DNA from: Eledone cirrhosa
Lineage: Eukaryota
Length of the DNA stretch: 64,000 nt
Direction of reading: 5' to 3'
Assembly (NCBI GenBank): GCA_964016885.1
Contig: OZ024742.1
Span: 344,038,001-344,102,000, forward strand
This document shows, in pieces, positions 1 to 6,769 of the stretch. The first letter of the stretch is position 1. Every line of letters starts with the position of its first letter. The position numbers and the translations under genes are program-made. Below the pieces are notes generated by a model. The model ran no database searches and was not told the origin of the DNA. It worked only from the letters and a program-made list of their open reading frames with translations.

Positions 1-56
<56 letters not shown>

Positions 57-75
57 GCACATATATATATATATA
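1..75. repeat. (TA)n microsatellite, interrupted once by CGCAC
   Basis: Pure AT dinucleotide run 1-55, resumes 61-75. Confidence 0.98.
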
Positions 76-522
76 CACAAATGTCACATTAACGTTACGG
101 TATATGTATATATCTTCTTTTATTGGTATTTTGTGCAAAAGGCGTGAAAAAATGTAGAAAGAATGATACCTTACTAAGCAGATTCCTTTTGGTAACAGAA
201 TTAAAGATAAGACAAGGGAAACCGGCATTTACAAATGTGATTGGTTCTTAATAGCATTAATGCAATATATATATTCTATCGATTCATTGATCGTTCCAAT
301 ATCTCGGCGAGGAATTACCAGAGTGTTACGGCTTTGGAATTTCTTTGATAAAACTTCTGCGATAATAAAACTGTGTAATGTTGTCGGTAATGGTGTTATA
401 TTCACTATTATAAGATTGTGGGTCTGATTCCTGGACAAGCCGGTTTTATTATTTGTGAAGCAGGGCGCTGTATTTCACTTTGTTTTTCATGATATGATTG
501 CTTCCCATATCATCTTACTGAA

Positions 523-662
523 GGCGCATGGCTTAGTGGATAGAGCATTGGGTTTGCAATCGAAATGTTGTGTGTTCAGTTCTCGGACCGGGTGATGTGT
601 TGTTTCCTTGAGCAAGACACTTTATTTCACGTTGCTCCAGTTTACTCAGCTGTAGAAATGAG
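523..662 (+). mobile_element. tRNA-derived SINE, 5' part (family A, octopus-type)
   Basis: Starts GGCGCATGGCTTAGTGG: Pol III A box TGGCTTAGTGG (529-539) and degenerate B box GTTCAGTTC (~574-582). Followed by a CORE-like GTGTTGTTTCCTTGAGCAAGACACTTTA segment and CTCCAGTTTACTCAGCTG, typical of mollusc tRNA-SINE bodies. Family assignment is by recognition only. Confidence 0.8.
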
Positions 663-914
663 ACGATAGGACTGGAGTCCCTATCATTAAATCACCCAAG
701 ACACCTCCAACGAGATATACCTTGGAGGAGGCCAGCTAAACCTGCATAGATGTGAGCTGTCACACACACATTATAGTGAAACAAATGCAAAAGGCCTGTA
801 ACTCCCGAGAGTCTGCTAGGGCACCCCATCCTCCTGATACAAGGCATGTCGTGGGTATTTTAAACCTAGTGAAGCTCATCCTTCCCCATATTGAAACACA
901 ACCGCTTTCTTCTA

Positions 915-1062
915 GAGAGAGAGGGTGGAGAATAATCGATTATAACAATGATCATGTGTTTTATTTATCGACTTCAAAAGTATGACAGGTAAATTTGAAC
1001 TCGGAACACAGTGAGCCGCAACAAAAGTTTCTTTAATCCGTGAGCCTGACGACTCTGTCAAG
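915..1062 (-). mobile_element. degraded SINE (family B), internally deleted
   Basis: TTTATTTATCGACTTCAAAAGTATGACAGGTAAATTTGAACTC is reverse-complementary to the GAGTTCAAAT...TTTGCCTTTCAT...GTCGATAAAATAAA body of the copy at 2291-2470. GACGACTCTGTCAA (~1048-1061) matches the head segment at 2266-2280. Confidence 0.65.
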
Positions 1063-1234
1063 AGAAACACCCGAAGAACGTCCTTTAAGATATAACTGGA
1101 TCTTGGCTAAACATACATGTAAGCTCTTAACTTTCATTTACCCTACACCTGTTATACCACGTTAGCTATTGTGTGTTTTTCCTACATCTGATTATTATTT
1201 CTCCTTACAACAGAGTGTGAAACTCACCAACATA

Positions 1235-1854
1235 CGAGGGTCGGCCGAAAAATTCATAGGTTGAAATGTTTATAGGCTGACCAAGTTACTCTCATGGAAT
1301 GACCAAATGAGATATATTTTTCAACATTTTCCCTGGAAGGAAAGAATGCAGTTATTAGTAAGAAGAGTTGAAATTAATGCATGCAAGATTTAACAGCCTT
1401 AGCATCACTCCTTCATAGGCTGACCAAGATAATCTCATGGAATGACCAAATGAGGTATATGTTACAGTATAGTTATTTGAAAGAAGCAATGCATTTATTA
1501 ATAAGTGTTGAAATTAATACATGCAAGATTTCACAGCTTTAGCCTTCATAGGCTGACCAAGATAATTTCATGGATTGACCAAATGAGGTATATGTTACAG
1601 TATAGTTATTTGAAAGAAACAATTCATCTATTAATAAGTGTTGAAATTAATACATGCAAGATTTCACAGCTTTAGCCTTCATAGGCTGACCAAGATAATC
1701 TCATGGAATGACCAAATGAGGTATATGTTACAGTATAGTTATTTGAAAGAAACAATTCATTTATTAATAAGTGTTGAAATTAATGCATGCAAGATTTCAC
1801 AGCTTTGGCATCACTCCTTCATAGTCAGCCTATGACCTTTTCAGCTGACCCTCA
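1235..1854. mobile_element. non-autonomous Tc1/mariner-type DNA transposon (MITE) with 30-bp TIRs and TA target duplication
   Basis: Left end TA|CGAGGGTCGGCCGAAAAATTCATAGGTTGA (1235-1264). Right end TCAGCCTATGACCTTTTCAGCTGACCCTCA|TA (1825-1854), reverse complement TGAGGGTCAGCTGAAAAGGTCATAGGCTGA. TA on both sides; no transposase ORF. Confidence 0.85.
1270..1823 (+). repeat. ~4 tandem copies of a 133-143 bp unit inside the MITE
   Basis: TAGGCTGACCAAG recurs at 1273, 1416, 1549, 1682 (spacings 143, 133, 133). Each unit has CATGGA(A/T)TGACCAAATGAG and GTTGAAATTAAT(A/G)CATGCAAGATTT. Confidence 0.92.
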
Positions 1855-2089
1855 TATATCAAGTGATATTTAAGAATGTCTATGACCGCTCTTTTTAACC
1901 AATGTATGAGGAAGAGAGCTACTAACAAAATACTTTAAGTAATTTTCTGCAAGTTCTTGTGTCTTGTAGATATTACACACAATGTAAATACCAATGGAAA
2001 CATTATTTCCTTGGTCCGAAGATCAACTCATTTCGTTTTTTTTCTTTCTTACAATAAAGTTTTATGTCTTAGATATAGATATTTAGTTT

Positions 2090-2284
2090 AGCCATAAGGC
2101 CTGGAATTTTAGAGGAAGGGAGGATCTGATTAAATCAGCCCCAGTACTTGACTGCTACTTATTTAATCGACCTTAGAAGGGTGAAAGTCAAAGTTCACGT
2201 TGGCGGTATTTGAATGTAAAGGCCAGACTAAATACTACAATGCAGTGGCATTTTATCTCATGCTCTACCGATTCTGTCAATCCA
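2090..2284 (-). mobile_element. tRNA-derived SINE (family B), reverse orientation
   Basis: CCCCAGTACTTGACTGCTACTTATTTAATCGACCTTAGAAGGGTGAAAGTCAAAGTTCACGTTGGCGGTATTTGAA is the diverged reverse complement of the adjacent + strand copy; head is CTCTACCGATTCTGTCAATCCA. Confidence 0.82.
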
Positions 2285-2290
2285 CCTCCA

Positions 2291-2470
2291 TGGATTGGCA
2301 GTATCGGTAGAGTGTCGGGCGCCATGCTTTCTAGCATAGTTACGTCCCTTTACGATCTGAGTTCAAATCCCGCCGAGGTTGACTTTGCCTTTCATGCTTA
2401 CGGGGTCGATAAAATAAAGTACCAGTAATGCACTGGGTAATTGCTGGCCTTGTGCCTAAAGTAGAAACAA
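2291..2470 (+). mobile_element. tRNA-derived SINE (family B, octopus-type)
   Basis: A-box-like TGGCAGTATCGG (2296-2307), canonical B box GTTCAAATCC (2361-2370), then CGCCGAGGTTGACTTTGCCTTTCAT...GGGGTCGATAAAATAAAGTACCAGT and GGCCTTGTGCCTAAA tail. Confidence 0.85.
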
Positions 2471-2540
2471 TTATATCTTAAATATAATTGTCACTGAAAA
2501 AATCTCTTCAGCAGTCAGTTCTGTCGTGTATAACTTTATG

Positions 2541-2932
2541 TACTCTCGGGTCCCCAATAATAGGGTAGGGGAATAAGTATTGTCGTGATGGAAATCAGTA
2601 ATTTTTCGAGGTTGTCTCCGTTGATTTTTTTAAAAACCAGAATTAGTCGTTTAGTTTACATGTTGAGACCCCAACCCATCCTATTTATTTTATAACGCAT
2701 GGGATTTCTAGTATTGTAATTTTTAGTCATGTATAATGTTTTATTTTTAATGTATAAAGAAAATTAATCATCGCAGGAATGCAACCACTTAAAATAAAAT
2801 TTTGCCGGAGATAGATTAGCAAAATTCAATAAGCGGGGATGGGGTTGGAATAGGAGCGGGGGTGGGGGAAGAAAAATCTGAAAAATTAATGACTGGAGGG
2901 GGGGGGGCGTGATTATTCGAGAATTGAGAATA
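2541..2932. mobile_element. possible old TA-bounded MITE with degraded ~21-bp TIRs and G-run subterminal motifs
   Basis: Left TACTCTCGGGTCCCCAATAAT (2541-2561) vs right ATTATTCGAGAATTGAGAATA (2912-2932): about 15/21 complementary by eye. AATAA+G-run motifs recur near both ends. Confidence 0.45.
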
Positions 2933-3241
2933 TGTACAAATGAAATGATTCTATTAATCTTAATATTGGAGAAATTTAAGAAAATTCTAAAGACATTCAG
3001 AATGAAACTCAATATATTGTTGCCACACGAAGCACGTGATGCCACCTGGTGTATAAAATGCCCAATCTATAACTCTCTTCTATTAGCTAACATGAACAAA
3101 TATAAATGTATTTCCGCGGAGAAAATGAGGCACAATCTTTGAATAGAGTTCAAGAGAAAACTACAGCTCACTGTCTAGTTTGCCCACAACTAGGAATATA
3201 GAAATTACAATATGTTACATACCTATAAACACATGCATATG

Positions 3242-3258
3242 TATATATATATATATAT
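3242..3258. repeat. short (TA)n microsatellite
   Basis: TATATATATATATATAT. Confidence 0.9.
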
Positions 3259-3418
3259 GCTGGTCATTTAACCTTGTTCTGGTGACGCAGCTCGATGGAG
3301 CATGCAACTACTGATATACTCATGTTTATAGGCTCTGAGGATTCCTGCCATGGTGTATAGATGAAACACTGTTAGCTAATAAAACAATGTATTTCTAAGC
3401 ACTCTTTGGTTATTCCTA

Positions 3419-3422
<4 letters not shown>
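3259..3422 (+). mobile_element. 3' terminal fragment of a Penelope-like element (pLTR/3' end)
   Basis: Short segment bounded by (TA)n on both sides, containing a minimal hammerhead motif immediately followed by AATAAA, a layout typical of PLE 3' ends. Confidence 0.6.
3325..3383 (+). ncRNA. type I hammerhead ribozyme motif (degenerate stem II)
   Basis: GGCT-CTGAGGA (3335-3341)-[21 nt]-GAAA (3363-3366)-C-ACT-GTT-AGCT. Stem I GGCT/AGCT extends into TTTAT/ATAAA; predicted GUU cleavage after 3373. Stem II pairs poorly. Confidence 0.6.

Positions 3423-3462
<40 letters not shown>
3423..3462. repeat. (TA)20 microsatellite
   Basis: Pure TA run. Confidence 0.98.
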
Positions 3463-3466
<4 letters not shown>

Positions 3467-3536
3467 CAAGGGAGTGTAAATATAGAAAAACTCTTAAAAA
3501 CGTAAATTTTAAAAAATTCACTGTACTTACTATATG

Positions 3537-3619
3537 TGCCCTTACCACGGTTTCAAATCTCAAACGAATAGATAATCCAAGCGGATTTCCATTGAGAAAG
3601 AGATTATCGTCAGAAGGCA
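3537..3619 (-). ncRNA. type I hammerhead ribozyme with intact core and long stem II insertion
   Basis: Minus strand reads TGCCTT-CTGACGA-T-AATCTC-[~38 nt]-GAGATT-T-GAAA-CC-GT-GG-TA-AGGGCA. Stem I TGCCTT/AGGGCA, stem II AATCTC/GAGATT, short stem III ACC/GGT, GUA cleavage triplet (3545-3543). Confidence 0.82.
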
Positions 3620-4430
3620 TTTCTCTCTCGGAGAATATAAAATTTCCGAGTTAAAATTACAAACTGGCGCCATTCCAAACTACCTCAGAATGAGTGCAAA
3701 TGAATGATAAATCAGTTTTGTCATGGTACCGTGTGCAAAGGCAAAAGCACGGTGGACAGGTCAATCCCGTACTGCTAAAAATAGCAGCCAATCAAACGAC
3801 CAAAGGTTTCTCTACCATTGGGGAGAATAATAATAAAAGTATGTGTTCCTACATGTAATTAATAAACACAGGGACACAAGTATAGTCCGACCATATACCA
3901 GTGTGGTTCAATGGCAAGTTAATAAATTAACAAGCCAGAACATATAAAATCAACTCCCCATATATGAAAACAGGGAGAAAAAGACGATTATTAGGAAGAA
4001 AAATATTTTTTTTTCCCTTTTTATTTCTCTCTCTCTTTTTTCTGGGTTAGAAAATGATTAAAACGAAATATTTTATTTTGCGTGAAGTGTTAAGGTATTA
4101 GTTAATTTATTAATTAATTAATAATGGCATTTATTTATTTATAAGGCAATGTGAAAGAAAAAGTAATGATATTTACAGGCATAGTTCTTGAAGATAAGCA
4201 GATCAAAATATGTTAATATAGCAAGAGTGCTTAGTTGAGCCATGATGGAGGCAAATGGTGGACTCTGGTTTGATATGATTTCCCTTTTTAGAGAGTTAAT
4301 ATGCAGGGGGAGGTAATTCATGCTGGATGATATTTAATTTATTTAAGAATAAAGATTAGGTAGGGTGTTAGGGAGGAAACTCTTTAGAGAGTCATAGGTA
4401 TTTGTAAATGTTTGATTGTTCATTCCAGTT

Positions 4431-4632
4431 TTAGTTTAGTCCGAAGTTTAATGCATTAAGTAGAGGCTGGAATTTGTTAATGAAATACGTTTCCTTATTG
4501 GTACGATGGGTGAAAGTAGCGTTGTCTATGAATTTGTAAATGGGGAAAATTTTAAAGTTTGGATGTTGGTTGGGTGCACAATTGGCGATATGTTCACTAA
4601 ACGCAATCTTTCTGTATTCCTGTATTTTGATA
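4431..4632 (-). pseudogene. C-terminal remnant of PLE GIY-YIG endonuclease domain
   Basis: Translation ...QEYRKIAFSEHIANCAPNQHPNFKIFPIYKF...HRTNKETYFINKFQPLLN shows the S-E-H..C, F-x-I-x-P and R..KE..FI..F.P.LN pattern that ends PLE (Neptune-like) GIY-YIG domains. The N-terminal GIY/YIG half and RT are absent. Confidence 0.72.
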
Positions 4633-4643
4633 TATTTATTCCC

Positions 4644-4667
4644 ATATATATATATATATATATATAT
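4644..4667. repeat. (TA)n microsatellite flanked by direct repeat TATTCCCAT
   Basis: TATTCCCAT at 4637-4645 and 4665-4673. Confidence 0.9.
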
Positions 4668-5102
4668 TCCCATCATCATAACCCTATCCGCCAACAAAAT
4701 AAAATTAAAGGAAGACAACGAAACCTAAAGTACTCAGAAGACATCATACAAATCACAATAACCATCTACAAAACCAACGTATACACATTAATATGGCGTC
4801 CACTACAAATAGAACATTTCACTAAAATACCAACATCTAACCAACAAATCCTGGGATTACAGCTAATCTAAACACCTACAAAGAAGACTAAATTTATATA
4901 CGAAGACAACAAAGAAACAACACATATTGTCTACTATACGAAGGCCACTATTAAAAGAATTACTATCAAATCAATCTTGAAACACTTAAGGATGAATCCG
5001 TCAATGAACAAAATAGAACAAATTCTATCCAGACCGTTATTCAGCGAGCCCCAACTATAATGAACGAATGTATATTAGATTAATTATATTTCACGTTAGA
5101 GA

Positions 5103-5186
5103 GTTCACTGTGATAAGAACATAAGAACTGTTGACGGTGTATCGTACATTGCCTATAAAAAAAACTCACAGCTTTAAGGACATATG
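5103..5186 (+). repeat. diverged edge monomer(s) of the 57-bp satellite
   Basis: GTTCACTGTGATAAGAACATAAGAACTGTTGACGGTGTATCGTACATTGCCTATAAAAAAACTCACAGC aligns to the consensus with many substitutions; AACTG-to-AACTG spacing is 61 bp (5126 to 5187). Confidence 0.85.
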
Positions 5187-6769
5187 AACTGTTGGTAGTG
5201 TATCCTACAATATATACCCAGCTCACAGTATTAAGGACATATGAACTGTTGGTAGTGTATCCTACAATATATACCCAGCTCACAGTTTTAAGGACATATG
5301 AACTGTTGGTAGTGTATCCTACAATATATACCCAGCTCACAGTATTAAGGACATATGAACTGTTGGTAGTGTATCCTACAATATATACCCAGCTCACAGT
5401 ATTAAGGACATATGAACTGTTGGTAGTGTATCCTACAATATATACTCAGCTCACAGTTTTAAGGACATCTGAACTGTTGGTAGTGTATCCTACAATATAT
5501 ACCCAGCTCACAGTATTAAGGACATATGAACTGTTGGTAGTGTATCCTACAATATATACCCAGCTCACAGTTTTAAGGACATATGAACTGTTGGTAGTGT
5601 ATCCTACAATATATACCCAACTCACAGTTTTAAGGACATATGAACTGTTGGTAGTGTATCCTACAATATATACCCAGCTCACAGTTTTAAGGACATATGA
5701 ACTGTTGGTAGTGTATCCTACAATATATACCCAGCTCACAGTTTTAAGGACATATGAACTGTTGGTAGTGTATCCTACAATATATACCCAGCTCATAGTT
5801 TTAAGGACATATGAACTGTTGGTAGTGTATCCTACAATATATAGCCAGCTCACAGTTTTAAGGACATATGAACTGTTGGTAGTGTATCCTACAATATATA
5901 CCCAGCTCACAGTTTTAAGGACATATGAACTGTTGGTAGTGTATCCTACAATATATACCCACCTCACAGTATTAAGGACATATGAACTGTTGGTAGTGTA
6001 TCCTACAATATATACCCACCTCACAGTATTAAGGACATATGAACTGTTGGTAGTGTATCCTACAATATATACCCACCTCACAGTATTAAGGACATATGAA
6101 CTGTTGGTAGTGTATCCTACAATATATACCCAGCTCACAGTATTAAGGACATATGAACTGTTGGTAGTGTATCCTACAATATATACCCAGCTCACAGTTT
6201 TAAGGACATATGAACTGTTGGTAGTGTGTGCTACAATATATACCCAGCTCACAGTTTTAAGGACATCTGAACTGTTGGTAGTGAATCCTACAATATATAC
6301 CCAGCTCACAGTGTTAAGGACATCTGAACTGTTGGTAGTGTATCCTACAAAATATACCCAGCTCACAGTTTTAAGGACATATGAACTGTTGGTAGTGTAT
6401 CCTACAATATATACCCAGCTCACAGTATTAAGGACATATGAACTGTTGGTAGTGTATCCTACAATATATACCCAGCTCACAGTTTTAAGGACATATGAAC
6501 TGTTGGTAGTGTATCCTACAATATATACACAGCTCACAGTTTTAAGGACATATGAACTGTTGGTAGTGTATCCTACAATATATACCCAGCTCACAGTTTT
6601 AAGGACATATGAACTGTTGGTAGTGTATCCTACAATATATACCCAGCTCACAGTATTAAGGACATATGAACTGTTGGTAGTGTATCCTACAATATATACC
6701 CAGCTCACAGTTTTAAGGACATATGAACTGTTGGTAGTGTATCCTACAATATATACCCAGCTCACAGTT

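Larger units (their letters stand above)
3463..4640 (-). mobile_element. 5'-truncated Penelope-like retroelement (GIY-YIG C-terminus, 3' region and hammerhead), bounded by (TA)n
   Basis: On the minus strand in order: ORF end resembling a PLE GIY-YIG C-terminus (4632-4431), ~800 bp non-coding, hammerhead (3619-3537), then (TA)n. Continuity of the middle part as one element is inferred. Confidence 0.7.

Noticed and set aside
489-513. ATGATATG...CATATCAT inverted repeat (also ACCGTG...CACGGT at ~3728-3753)
   Set aside because: 6-8 bp stems are expected by chance in AT-rich DNA; no supporting context.
523-590. tRNA gene
   Set aside because: A/B boxes present but no complete cloverleaf, and it continues into a SINE body; the same applies to 2291-2375.
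1043-1085. Third hammerhead (CTGACGA...GAAAC)
   Set aside because: Stem I does not pair and stem II is out of register; the motif is better explained as the reverse-strand head of the degraded SINE.
229-3142. Short ORFs at 229, 752, 1638, 2210, 2764, 2909
   Set aside because: 60-95 aa, mostly non-ATG starts, several overlap SINE/MITE sequence, no recognisable motifs.
3372-4871. Short ORFs with IYIYIY runs (3372-3620, 3406-3654, 4506-4871, 4540-4728)
   Set aside because: Kept open by (TA)n microsatellites; only the 4632-4431 minus-strand part has a recognisable domain signature.
5187-5243. Satellite monomer as tRNA/SINE-derived, telomeric or ribozyme-containing
   Set aside because: No B box, no TTAGGG-type repeat, no CUGANGA/GAAA core on either strand, and no similarity seen to the flanking SINEs or the 133-bp MITE repeat.
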